DNA from: a virus
Length of the DNA stretch: 46,586 nucleotides
Direction: 5' to 3' (one strand)
Virus record (IMG/VR): IMGVR_UViG_3300018494_000026
In this document: piece after piece, positions 8,887-17,155 of the stretch
Layout: each line of letters opens with the position of its first letter
Position numbering within the stretch: position 1 is the stretch's first letter
The notes under the pieces: model-generated
Database searches by the model: none
What the model was told of the DNA's origin: nothing
What the model saw: only the letters and a program-made list of their open reading frames with translations
Position numbers and translations under genes: made by a program

Positions 8887-9260
8887 TGAGGGCTGCAACG
8901 CTTGAATTTGTCAACAATCGAATTCTGAGCCTGGGCCTCCCTTATTCCTTCATGGAATGGGCAGAGTATCCGCCTGATGACTATTTCGTGGGGCAGTACA
9001 TCGAAAATCCATCCCCTACGCGGACGGAAAACGGGCATCAGAAAACCACGTTCATCCTGCGCGGCTATACAAGCGGCTCATGGTTGAACCTTGAAACCTA
9101 CAAAGAGAAAATCGAAAAAGGTATCTCTACAACGGCAATCCTTGACGATGGGACGGGGGTTGCCATTTTCTATGACTCTGCAATGGTCGTGCCTACGGGC
9201 GTTGCGGGTTGGAAATCCATCAAAATCAATCTGAATATTCAAGAATGGAAGGTGAATTGA
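8886..9260 (+). CDS. Putative tail terminator / tail completion protein
   Basis: A 124-aa ORF between the gp10-like gene and the major tail gene, with its start overlapping the previous stop. The call rests on position only. Confidence 0.5.
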   Translation: MRAATLEFVNNRILSLGLPYSFMEWAEYPPDDYFVGQYIENPSPTRTENGHQKTTFILRGYTSGSWLNLETYKEKIEKGISTTAILDDGTGVAIFYDSAMVVPTGVAGWKSIKINLNIQEWKVN

Positions 9261-9261
9261 G

Positions 9262-9846
9262 ATGTTGGAAGGCATGAACGGCGTTTCCGCCAAGACTCCT
9301 GAGCAGATTCCTCTTGGTGCTGGCACGATTCACAAGAATCTGAAGTACGAGAAGGATAAAGGCTGGAATCTCGCTGAATCTTGCATCGGCGCGACTTCCG
9401 GTGGCAACAAGTGGTCTGTTGTCCCCAAGTTGTACTATCCGCCTATTGACGGCGTGGGTACGAAGCTGAAGGAAACCGCCACCCAGATTGGCGAAGATGC
9501 CAAGATGGAAATCAACATGATTGAGATAACGAAGGATCTGATTCAGACTTCTACGCTGGGCAAGGCTGGCACTTCTGAGGACACCACCTATGATCTGATT
9601 GAGTCTGCTGGCGAAGTGCTGCCTGAACACTTCTGGGAGAACATTGCCTTTGTGGGCAAGACCCTGAAGGGCAAGAACATTATCATCATCATGGGCAATC
9701 CCCTGTGTTCCTCCGGCATGGAGAACGAGGGCAAGAACGAGGAAAGCGGCGTGAACAAGTACACCTTTGAATGCCATGCAAGCATCAATGACGTGAACCT
9801 GAACAAGCTGCCCTGGAAGATTTACTATCCGAAGGCTACGGCGTAA
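9262..9846 (+). CDS. Major tail (tube) protein
   Basis: A 194-aa ORF directly upstream of the chaperone pair and tape measure, followed by a hairpin. No sheath gene is present, so this is a siphovirus-type tail. Confidence 0.7.
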   Translation: MLEGMNGVSAKTPEQIPLGAGTIHKNLKYEKDKGWNLAESCIGATSGGNKWSVVPKLYYPPIDGVGTKLKETATQIGEDAKMEINMIEITKDLIQTSTLGKAGTSEDTTYDLIESAGEVLPEHFWENIAFVGKTLKGKNIIIIMGNPLCSSGMENEGKNEESGVNKYTFECHASINDVNLNKLPWKIYYPKATA

Positions 9847-9852
9847 CGAATC

Positions 9853-9884
9853 AAGGGCAGGGGATTTCTCCTGCCCTTTTCTTT
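9853..9884 (+). terminator. Terminator/attenuator after the major tail gene
   Basis: aagggcagg / cctgccctt forms a 9-bp stem with an 8-nt loop, followed by TTTTCTTT. Confidence 0.6.
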
Positions 9885-9904
9885 GAATAGGAGGGACAAA
9901 GAAG

Positions 9905-10300
9905 ATGAGTGAAGTTGAAAACAAGCGTACTCCCCGCCCTTTGAAGGGAACGGATATTTTCCTGATGACGAGCATCATTGGCAAGCTGGGTGTAAAGAAT
10001 CTGATGCGCTGCTGGGACGCGCCGGACGTGAAGGAAGCCCGCGAAAATACCAGTTCAGAGAATGCGGAAATGCTGGGTCAGCTCATTTTCCTTGGCGTGA
10101 TTGATGTGGTACTTGAACGGCTTGAATTCTGCGAGGGCAGTATTTGCAGACTGCTTTCCAAGCTGTACGACATGCCTGAAGAGGAGATCAAGGAAAAGGG
10201 CGCGGTTGAATATCTTGACATGTTCATGACTGTTGTCAAGGATGAGAATTTCGTGGATTTTTTCAAGCAGGCTTACGAATCTGTCAAGCGGATGATGTAA
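9905..10300 (+). CDS. Tail assembly chaperone (gpG-like)
   Basis: A 131-aa acidic ORF between the tube and tape-measure genes. It contains the slippery site listed next. Confidence 0.75.
   Translation: MSEVENKRTPRPLKGTDIFLMTSIIGKLGVKNLMRCWDAPDVKEARENTSSENAEMLGQLIFLGVIDVVLERLEFCEGSICRLLSKLYDMPEEEIKEKGAVEYLDMFMTVVKDENFVDFFKQAYESVKRMM
10258..10264 (+). promoter_or_regulatory. Candidate -1 programmed frameshift heptamer T_TTT_TTC
   Basis: In the 0 frame the codons read GAT TTT TTC. The -1 frame is open from 10246 and continues into ORF 10315..10644. This matches the conserved G/GT chaperone arrangement of long-tailed phages. Confidence 0.6.
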
Positions 10301-10314
10301 AGTTCTTTGACGTA

Positions 10315-10644
10315 TTGTATCAGCGGTATGCAAACCCAATGGAACTGCTGGACAATATGCTGATGACGGGTCAGCTTTACAGATTCGTGAGCGAGATTAT
10401 CAAGACGGTCAATGAGGAACTGGAAGAAAAAGCCCTGTGGGAATGGTGGTTACATAAGGATTGGGAACGATCCTGGAAAGAATTCCGCGAGTCCCTGAAT
10501 GATAAACAACATAATGCAGCACCAACGCGACAAGATACTCTGGACATTTTGAATGAGACGATGAATATCATGGCCTCTTTCCGTCCAGATGGCGGAGGTG
10601 AGCAGGATGAATCTATTTCGTCTGTTCGGGGAGATAGCGATTGA
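10315..10644 (+). CDS. Tail assembly chaperone extension (gpT-like), probably expressed as a frameshift fusion with 9905..10264
   Basis: It lies in the -1 frame relative to 9905..10300. That frame is open from 10246, and the track start is only a TTG. Confidence 0.65.
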   Translation: MYQRYANPMELLDNMLMTGQLYRFVSEIIKTVNEELEEKALWEWWLHKDWERSWKEFRESLNDKQHNAAPTRQDTLDILNETMNIMASFRPDGGGEQDESISSVRGDSD

Positions 10645-12343
10645 CGGGACGAGGGCGAACAGAACCCTTGATGACATTGCAAGAAGGGCTGGCATGACAA
10701 CGCAGGAAGTTGAATCGCATTTCAATAAGATAGGTACGGCGGCAGCGGGGATCATGCGGGGCATGGGCGTTGTCGGTGCGGCTATTGGTGGTGCGATGCT
10801 TGCTGTAACGGAAGGAACGAGGGAATACCGTGCGCAGATGGGCTTGCTTGACAGCGCGTTTCAATCCGCTGGGCATTCCTCTGCGGAGGCTAAAAGCACC
10901 TATTCAGAACTGAATGCGGTGCTGGGTGACACGGAGCAGGCTGTGGAAGCGGCACAGCACATTGCCCTGATTGCTGACAACGAAAAGGAAATGAACGAGC
11001 TGACGAAAATTGGCACAGGGATTTTCGCCAGTTACGGCGCAAGCCTTCCCCTTGAGGGGTTGTACGAGGCAATCGGGCACACAAGTGCCCTCGGAGAGGT
11101 GCAGGGCAGCCTCGCAGACGGATTGGAATGGGCTGGAATTTCCGTGGAGGATTTCAACAAAAAACTTGAAAAATGCTCCAATGAGGAAGAACGGCAAGAC
11201 CTCATCATGAAGACCTTGAAGGATACCTACGGGGAAGCGGCAACGCAATACCAGGCCACAAACAAGGACGTGATGGAGGCCCGAAAAGCCCAGGAGCGGC
11301 TCACGGATGCAATGGCTGAATTGGGCCGTGTTGGTGAACCCATCCTCACGGCAATCAAAAACAAGGTTGCGGGCATGGCGGAGGCGGCTATACCACACAT
11401 TCAGAATCTTGTCAACAAGGTCAAGGACATGAAGAAGTGGATAGCTGACAACAAGGATACCGTGGACAAATGGAAGGCGGCTATCATCGCTGTTACTGTC
11501 AGCACTGGGTCTTTTCTACTCATCATGAATTGGGGCAAGATCATGGCGGCTGCGAAAACAGCGATCATGGCAACCCGCGCGGCGGTGATCCTGTTCAATG
11601 CGGCTCTGAGGGCGAATCCGATTGGGCTTGTGATTTCCCTGTTGGCTGGACTGGTGGCAGGATTCATCTATTTGTGGAACAACAATAAGGGATTCAGACA
11701 GTTCTGGATTGATTTGTGGAACAAGCTCAAATCTGCCTGTTCAACTGCGATTACGGGCATTAAAAACAAGTTCAACGACCTGAAAGATGCTGCCGGGAAG
11801 GTGAAGAAGTGGTTTGAGGATATTCGCAAATCCATTTCGGACAAGATCGAATCGGCAGGGAAATCGGTGGGCAAAGTCGTGGACAAGATCAAGGGATTCT
11901 TCCCGCTGAAAATCGGCAAGATTTTCTCCAATCTGAAGATACCGAAGATTTCTGTCAGCGGCGGCAAAGCTCCTTACGGCATCGCTGGAAAAGGCAAAAT
12001 GCCTTCCTTTGACGTGAAGTGGAATGCTGAAGGCGCGATTTTCACAAAGCCCACCATCTTCAATACCCGGAATGGCTTGCAGGGCGTGGGTGAGGCTGGT
12101 GCAGAAGCGGTGCTTCCTGTGGCAAAGATGATGGACTATGTTTCTACTGCTGTGCGCAATGAGACAGGGAATATCGGGCAGATCATCATGGAGCAGAACA
12201 GGCTCTTGCTTGAATTCCTGCGGAGGAACATGCCGAAAATGGTTCAGCTTGATTCCGGGGCGATGGTGGGGGCGTTGCTTCCTGCTGTTGATACTGGGCT
12301 GGCTGACAGGTGGGAACATGTTAGAAGGGGCAATGTGAGGTAA
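10607..12343 (+). CDS. Tape measure protein, copy 1 (578 aa)
   Basis: Track ORF 10589..12343. I prefer ATG 10607, which lies 6 nt after GGAGGTG. It has a TMP-type N-terminus (MNLFRLFGEIAIDG), helical repeats, hydrophobic segments (IIAVTVSTGSFLLIMNW, GLVISLLAGLVAGFIYLW) and a TMP-type C-terminus (GVGEAGAEAVLPV). Confidence 0.8.
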   Translation: MNLFRLFGEIAIDGTRANRTLDDIARRAGMTTQEVESHFNKIGTAAAGIMRGMGVVGAAIGGAMLAVTEGTREYRAQMGLLDSAFQSAGHSSAEAKSTYSELNAVLGDTEQAVEAAQHIALIADNEKEMNELTKIGTGIFASYGASLPLEGLYEAIGHTSALGEVQGSLADGLEWAGISVEDFNKKLEKCSNEEERQDLIMKTLKDTYGEAATQYQATNKDVMEARKAQERLTDAMAELGRVGEPILTAIKNKVAGMAEAAIPHIQNLVNKVKDMKKWIADNKDTVDKWKAAIIAVTVSTGSFLLIMNWGKIMAAAKTAIMATRAAVILFNAALRANPIGLVISLLAGLVAGFIYLWNNNKGFRQFWIDLWNKLKSACSTAITGIKNKFNDLKDAAGKVKKWFEDIRKSISDKIESAGKSVGKVVDKIKGFFPLKIGKIFSNLKIPKISVSGGKAPYGIAGKGKMPSFDVKWNAEGAIFTKPTIFNTRNGLQGVGEAGAEAVLPVAKMMDYVSTAVRNETGNIGQIIMEQNRLLLEFLRRNMPKMVQLDSGAMVGALLPAVDTGLADRWEHVRRGNVR

Positions 12344-12345
12344 AG

Positions 12346-12374
12346 AAAAGGGACGGCAAATCGCCGTCCCTTTC
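12346..12374. terminator. Terminator between the convergent TMP1 and reverse-strand genes
   Basis: gggacggc / gccgtccc forms an 8-bp stem with an aaatc loop. It has an A-run on the left and only TTT on the right, so it should be stronger for the minus-strand gene and leaky for late (+) transcription. Confidence 0.7.
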
Positions 12375-12376
12375 AG

Positions 12377-12877
12377 TTAGAAACCTAAGCCCTTGTATGG
12401 TGCGAAAGTCATGCTGTCGTATTCAACGCAGACAACTTGATTGTTTTTTAGCGTTACTTTTCCAACCGAGCCACCGGAAAGCATATCGAAGTCGTGAACA
12501 AGTTTCCCGTTTGTGTAGATTTCCAAACTGCAATACCTCTGTCCTGCTGTGACGGTGTATGTTCCTGCCGGAATGTCTACACCGACAACGTATTCACCCA
12601 TGGGCACTACAACTTCACCTTGCACATTGCCACGGCTTCTAAGTTCTAACTGCATAATGGCAATGAGAACTTTTAGATAATTGTCGCTGTAACCAGAAAT
12701 AACTTCTGCGCTGGCCTGATGGCTAAAGACTGCGATTTCTTCTATTGTCATACCTTCAGCAAGGCAATTTTCGATAATTTGGGTGTATTCATCCATTGCC
12801 GATTCAGCCGATGCAACGCAATGGAAAACAAGCAGGAGAGTGAGAAGGAACGAAACAAAGGGACACAACTTTTTCAT
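12377..12877 (-). CDS. Secreted protein (Sec signal peptide), moron-like gene embedded between the two tape-measure genes
   Basis: ORF track. GGAGG lies 8 nt upstream. The signal peptide is MKKLCPFVSFLLTLLLVFHCVASA|ES (AXA site, no lipobox). The C-terminal part is beta-rich (GEYVVGVDIPAGTYTVTAG). It has its own promoter and terminator. Confidence 0.8.
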   Translation of the reverse strand: MKKLCPFVSFLLTLLLVFHCVASAESAMDEYTQIIENCLAEGMTIEEIAVFSHQASAEVISGYSDNYLKVLIAIMQLELRSRGNVQGEVVVPMGEYVVGVDIPAGTYTVTAGQRYCSLEIYTNGKLVHDFDMLSGGSVGKVTLKNNQVVCVEYDSMTFAPYKGLGF

Positions 12878-12906
12878 GTTGGCAACCTCCTATATCGTGA
12901 TACCTA

Positions 12907-12935
12907 TATGATGCATAAAAATCGGTTTTTGTCAA
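12907..12935 (-). promoter_or_regulatory. Sigma70-type promoter for the reverse-strand secreted-protein gene
   Basis: On the minus strand: TTGACA (12935-12930), a 17-nt spacer ending in TGc, then ATCATA (12912-12907). Confidence 0.6.
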
Positions 12936-12959
12936 GAGGGGAAGAAAGGCGGTGGGAAC

Positions 12960-14666
12960 ATGGATATATTTACGCTTGTTGGTAAAATCACGATTGAAAT
13001 TCAAGACGCATTGAACAACATCAATACCGTCATGACAGAAGTTCAAGAATTGGACGCGCTGTTGAATGGCACTCAAACTACAACTCAAACAACCGGGCAA
13101 GCAGTTGAAACGGCTACAAAGGATGCAACTGAAAAAGGCACCAGCACTTTGACCAAATGGAGCGTCATGATGGGCAACCTGGCAACACAGGCAGCAAACA
13201 AAGTGTATGACGCTGGCAAGAGCTTCTTGCAGACGGGCTACGAGTTCAACGCGAACATGGATTTGTGGCGAAACCAGTTGCAAAACATGCTGAGTCTCGA
13301 TTTCGCAGGGGCGGATGCATTTTTGAACAAATTACATCAGTTTGCTATTGACACGCCCTACTCTATGGATGAAGTTATGTCAAACGCAATTATGCTGATT
13401 GGCAATAAAAAGATAAGAGAATCAACAGATATTATTGATTTGCTTACGATCATCGGCAATGTGTCAAACGGCGAAAACGCAGCATTTGGCAGCATTGCAA
13501 AGGGCATCATGCAGGTTATGACGAAGGGAAAAGTCCAGGCGGAAGAAGCTAACCAACAGTTCGCAGAACGAGGAGTTGATGTTTGGCAGATTCTTGCTGA
13601 CTATTTTTCCTTTATCGACCGTGACGGTCAAGATGTATGGGAATCAGATGATGTATCGAGCTTGGGAACGATAAACCCTACCATCATGGCAACATCTGAG
13701 GAATTCATGGCGGCGATGAAACATGCTGCATTGCAAGATGGCGGCTTTTATTACGGCAGAATGGATGCCATGATGAATACTGCGACTGGTCAGGCACAGC
13801 GTATGCAGGACGCATACCAAAAGGCTGCTGGCGCATTTACAGGTGGCGTTTTTGAAACGTTTGCAACTCAAACGATTCCTGCAATCAGCGAGATCATGGA
13901 GAAGCTCGACAAGTGGGCAACAGAAAACCCGGAAGCCTTAAAGAATCTTGGTGAAGCATTTAGCAATTTTGCGACAGGCGGGTTGGATGTCTTTCTTGGC
14001 AGTTTGCAAGGGTTGCTTGGTTGGTGGAATGATAATCGTGCGGCATTCGACTCTTTGCTTGTACTACTTGGCGGCATCGCGCTGTATATCGGACATCCTG
14101 CGGCAGGCACGGCTTTGATTGCCACTGGTGCGTTTGATGCGTATACGGATGCAAAAAAGCAAATAGAAGAAGGTTCACCAGTAGGACAGTATGTGAATAA
14201 AGACCCGGAGATTAAAGAGGCTGTGAAAAATGGGACAACAGATGAACTTACTGGTACGGATTGGTTTACCTATCATGTAGGTGCACCTTTAGTTCAGTTT
14301 ATGCACGATTTGTTTCCAGGACTTAACGTAGACCCGTCTGTGATTGAAGATCCTGCCGAGGATGAAACCGACAATAAATATCAGACTCCCCTTTGGCAAC
14401 TGAACAACTTAGACACAGACGGAGTTGGTGGAAACAACGGAAGTATGTCCTTGTTTGGTTCGCTTCTGCAACAGCTTTCCACATTGAAAACTGATGTAAC
14501 GGCAGCGGCAAAAGAAGGTGTGTCTGAAGGCGTTGGTAATATCACCATCACCGGATATGTCACCACGGGTGATGTAAAACTGCAAGATGGTACGCTTGTC
14601 GGATCGCTGATGCCTCAGATTAACTTACAGCTTGGCTGGCAAAATGAGTTGAGTTCGAGGGGGTGA
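12960..14666 (+). CDS. Tape measure protein, copy 2 (568 aa, TP901-type core region)
   Basis: The N-terminus (MDIFTLVGKITIEI) parallels TMP1. The core pattern (FAIDTPYSMDEVMSNAIML...GSIAKGIMQVMTKGKVQAEEANQQFAERGVDVWQIL) resembles the TP901 tape-measure core. It also has a hydrophobic segment (LLVLLGGIALYIGHPAAG). Confidence 0.85.
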   Translation: MDIFTLVGKITIEIQDALNNINTVMTEVQELDALLNGTQTTTQTTGQAVETATKDATEKGTSTLTKWSVMMGNLATQAANKVYDAGKSFLQTGYEFNANMDLWRNQLQNMLSLDFAGADAFLNKLHQFAIDTPYSMDEVMSNAIMLIGNKKIRESTDIIDLLTIIGNVSNGENAAFGSIAKGIMQVMTKGKVQAEEANQQFAERGVDVWQILADYFSFIDRDGQDVWESDDVSSLGTINPTIMATSEEFMAAMKHAALQDGGFYYGRMDAMMNTATGQAQRMQDAYQKAAGAFTGGVFETFATQTIPAISEIMEKLDKWATENPEALKNLGEAFSNFATGGLDVFLGSLQGLLGWWNDNRAAFDSLLVLLGGIALYIGHPAAGTALIATGAFDAYTDAKKQIEEGSPVGQYVNKDPEIKEAVKNGTTDELTGTDWFTYHVGAPLVQFMHDLFPGLNVDPSVIEDPAEDETDNKYQTPLWQLNNLDTDGVGGNNGSMSLFGSLLQQLSTLKTDVTAAAKEGVSEGVGNITITGYVTTGDVKLQDGTLVGSLMPQINLQLGWQNELSSRG

Positions 14667-14670
14667 TTAG

Positions 14671-15093
14671 ATGCGAGGCATTACATTTGACAACAAGCAT
14701 TCCTATTGGGATTGGGGCTTGATGCTGACGAAACCTCCTGCAATCAGTACACCTGAACCGAAAACGCATTATGTGGACATTCCAGGAGCGCATGGTGCAA
14801 TGGATTTGACAGAGGCGCTGACAGGAAAGGTGCAGTACAAGAACAGGAAAATCGAATTGGAGTTCATCACAACGGCAGGCCGGGAAGACTGGTCTGCCGT
14901 TTATAGTGACATTCTTTCGGAATTGCACGGGCAGATGAAGGAAATCGCTCTTGACGATGACCCGATGCACTACTACAAAGGGCGAGTGACGGTTGGTGAT
15001 CCTGAGCGCGTCAATGATAAGACTGTCATGGTCAAGATGACGGCAGAGGTTGAGCCTTTCAAGAAAACCTATGAAGGGACGGCGATGCTGTAA
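14671..15093 (+). CDS. Distal tail protein (Dit), copy 1, short form (140 aa)
   Basis: The N-terminus (MRGITFDNKHSYWDWGL...YVDIPGAHGAMDLTE...LDDDPMHYYKGR...EPFK) is typical of the siphovirus Dit N-domain. It lies directly after a TMP. Confidence 0.75.
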   Translation: MRGITFDNKHSYWDWGLMLTKPPAISTPEPKTHYVDIPGAHGAMDLTEALTGKVQYKNRKIELEFITTAGREDWSAVYSDILSELHGQMKEIALDDDPMHYYKGRVTVGDPERVNDKTVMVKMTAEVEPFKKTYEGTAML

Positions 15094-16514
15094 TGTACAA
15101 AATGAAAGCGGATGGGGTCGTTTTTTACGACCCTTCCTCTGATGATATGGCACTGCATGTACTGTATCCCAAGGCAAAGTACGAGTTAAACAAGGCAGGA
15201 ACACTGACATTCACGATGCTTCCGGGTAACGTGATGTATGATGGTTTGCATAAACTAAAAACCGTTGTCACCATTGAACAGGATGATGAAGTGATTTTCC
15301 GTGGTCGTGTTCTGGAAACGGAGACAGACCTTTACAATCAGAAGAAGGTTCACTGCGAGGGCGAATTGGCCTATCTGCTGGACAGCATGCAGCGGCCTTA
15401 CAAGTACGATGGCAGCGCGAAAGAATACCTTCCCATGCTGATTGAAAACCACAATGCAGACGTGGAGGAAAGCAAACGATTCACGGTGGGGCTGATAACT
15501 GCGCTGACGGATGAGGATACTGTCAAGATTGAAAGCGAGAATTACGCAAATACGCTGGAAGAGATCAAGTCGCTTCTGCTGAATGAGTTCAACGGCTATC
15601 TGCGTGTGCGCTGGGAAGATGGTGTTCGCTATCTTGATTATGTGGACAAGTTCAATCAGACATGTTCACAGGAAATCAATTTCGGTGTGAATCTTGTGGA
15701 TATTGAAACCAATGTCAATGCAATGGATGTTTGTTCTGTACTGATTCCGCTGGGCAGATCGAAAAAAGGAAAATACACAAGCATTGCGAAGGCGAACGGC
15801 GGCAAGGATTACATCGAGGATGCTGCGCTGATAGCAAAGTATGGGCGAGTTGTCAAGACCTATACATGGGACGAAGTAGAAGACCCGGAAGAACTGCTTG
15901 AATTGGGTCAGAAACACATGGAACGGATGGCAGCAGAAACAACGCTGACCATCAAAGCGGTTGACCTCCACGCTGTTGGAGCGGATGTGGACGGCATCAG
16001 GCTTGGCGATACGGTGAAACTTGTTTCCGCCCCGCATAGGCTGGACAAGGAAGATGTATGTACGAAGATTGACCTGGACATTGAAAACCCGGAGAAGTCT
16101 GAGTACACCTTTGGCCTTCCTATGGAAACGCTGACGGACAGAAACGCGAGTGCAACAAGGAAGAACAAGTCAAGCATGGATCACATGCACAAGTGGCTGA
16201 CGGAGACGGACGATTCATTGCGAATCGTTGTAGATAAAGTGAATGGTCTTATCTTACTGCAAGCCGATTATGTGACGATTAAAGCATTAGAAACGGAAAT
16301 TGAAGGACTGCTGAAAGCGGAAAATCTGCAAGCGGCGATTGCAGATTTGGATAACGTTGCAGTTTCTTCATTGTCTGTTAGCGGCACTGCGCATTGCACA
16401 AACCTTGCAGTGCATGGCGCGGGAAGTGTGGACGGTGATTTGTCAGTCAGCGGTGCAATAAACGGCATTTACTTGGACGACCTTGAAGCGCGTGTTAGTG
16501 CGCTGGAGGGATAA
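15093..16514 (+). CDS. Tail-associated (Tal-like) minor structural protein, copy 1 (473 aa)
   Basis: TAATG overlap with Dit1. Tal N-domain pattern is present (ELNKAGTLTFTM..., FRGRVLETE, CEGELAYLLDSMQRPY), with a coiled-coil C-terminus. Confidence 0.75.
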   Translation: MYKMKADGVVFYDPSSDDMALHVLYPKAKYELNKAGTLTFTMLPGNVMYDGLHKLKTVVTIEQDDEVIFRGRVLETETDLYNQKKVHCEGELAYLLDSMQRPYKYDGSAKEYLPMLIENHNADVEESKRFTVGLITALTDEDTVKIESENYANTLEEIKSLLLNEFNGYLRVRWEDGVRYLDYVDKFNQTCSQEINFGVNLVDIETNVNAMDVCSVLIPLGRSKKGKYTSIAKANGGKDYIEDAALIAKYGRVVKTYTWDEVEDPEELLELGQKHMERMAAETTLTIKAVDLHAVGADVDGIRLGDTVKLVSAPHRLDKEDVCTKIDLDIENPEKSEYTFGLPMETLTDRNASATRKNKSSMDHMHKWLTETDDSLRIVVDKVNGLILLQADYVTIKALETEIEGLLKAENLQAAIADLDNVAVSSLSVSGTAHCTNLAVHGAGSVDGDLSVSGAINGIYLDDLEARVSALEG

Positions 16515-16516
16515 AT

Positions 16517-17155
16517 ATGAAGGGGGTTTCATTCCTTGGGTTTCACTCCTACCGTGACCTTCACATTCTGCTGACTGGAAAGGAGATCGGTTCGCCGGAA
16601 GTCAAGCGGCAAACCATCGACATTGAAGGGGCAGACGGTGAACTGGATTACACGGATTTCTTTGGTGAACCCAAATACACGAATGCGCAGCACCGATTTG
16701 ATTTTGAAAGCATTCAGCCCTGGAATGAACAACTCTCACAGTTTACGGACATCAAGAACAAGATACATGGGAAGAAGGGAAGGATTGTGCTGGACAACGA
16801 TCCTTCCTTCTTCTATGTGGGCAGGTGCTTTGTATCGGCCTACAAGAATGAAGTGACCATCGGCAGGATCAGCATTGAGTGCGACTGTGAACCGTACAAG
16901 TACAAGATGCAACCGACAATAATGTCGGTCACAATTGACGGCACTCAGACCATTATCTTGACAAATGCGCGGAAACGTGCTGTGCCGACCATCACCACCA
17001 CGTCGGACATGACAATTTCCTTCGGGGAAGGGATATGGACGAACCGGGCAGGGACATTCACTATTCCTGAATTGGAACTTGTGGAGGGTGAGAACCTTGT
17101 CACTGTTACAGGCACAGGAACGATCACGTTCACATGGCAGGAGGCGGTGCTATGA
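16517..17155 (+). CDS. Distal tail protein (Dit), copy 2, long form (212 aa)
   Basis: It is paralogous to 14671..15093 (MKGVSFLGFHSYRDL...IDIEGADGELDYTD...LDNDPSFFYVGR...EPYK) and carries an extra C-terminal beta domain. Confidence 0.75.
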   Translation: MKGVSFLGFHSYRDLHILLTGKEIGSPEVKRQTIDIEGADGELDYTDFFGEPKYTNAQHRFDFESIQPWNEQLSQFTDIKNKIHGKKGRIVLDNDPSFFYVGRCFVSAYKNEVTIGRISIECDCEPYKYKMQPTIMSVTIDGTQTIILTNARKRAVPTITTTSDMTISFGEGIWTNRAGTFTIPELELVEGENLVTVTGTGTITFTWQEAVL

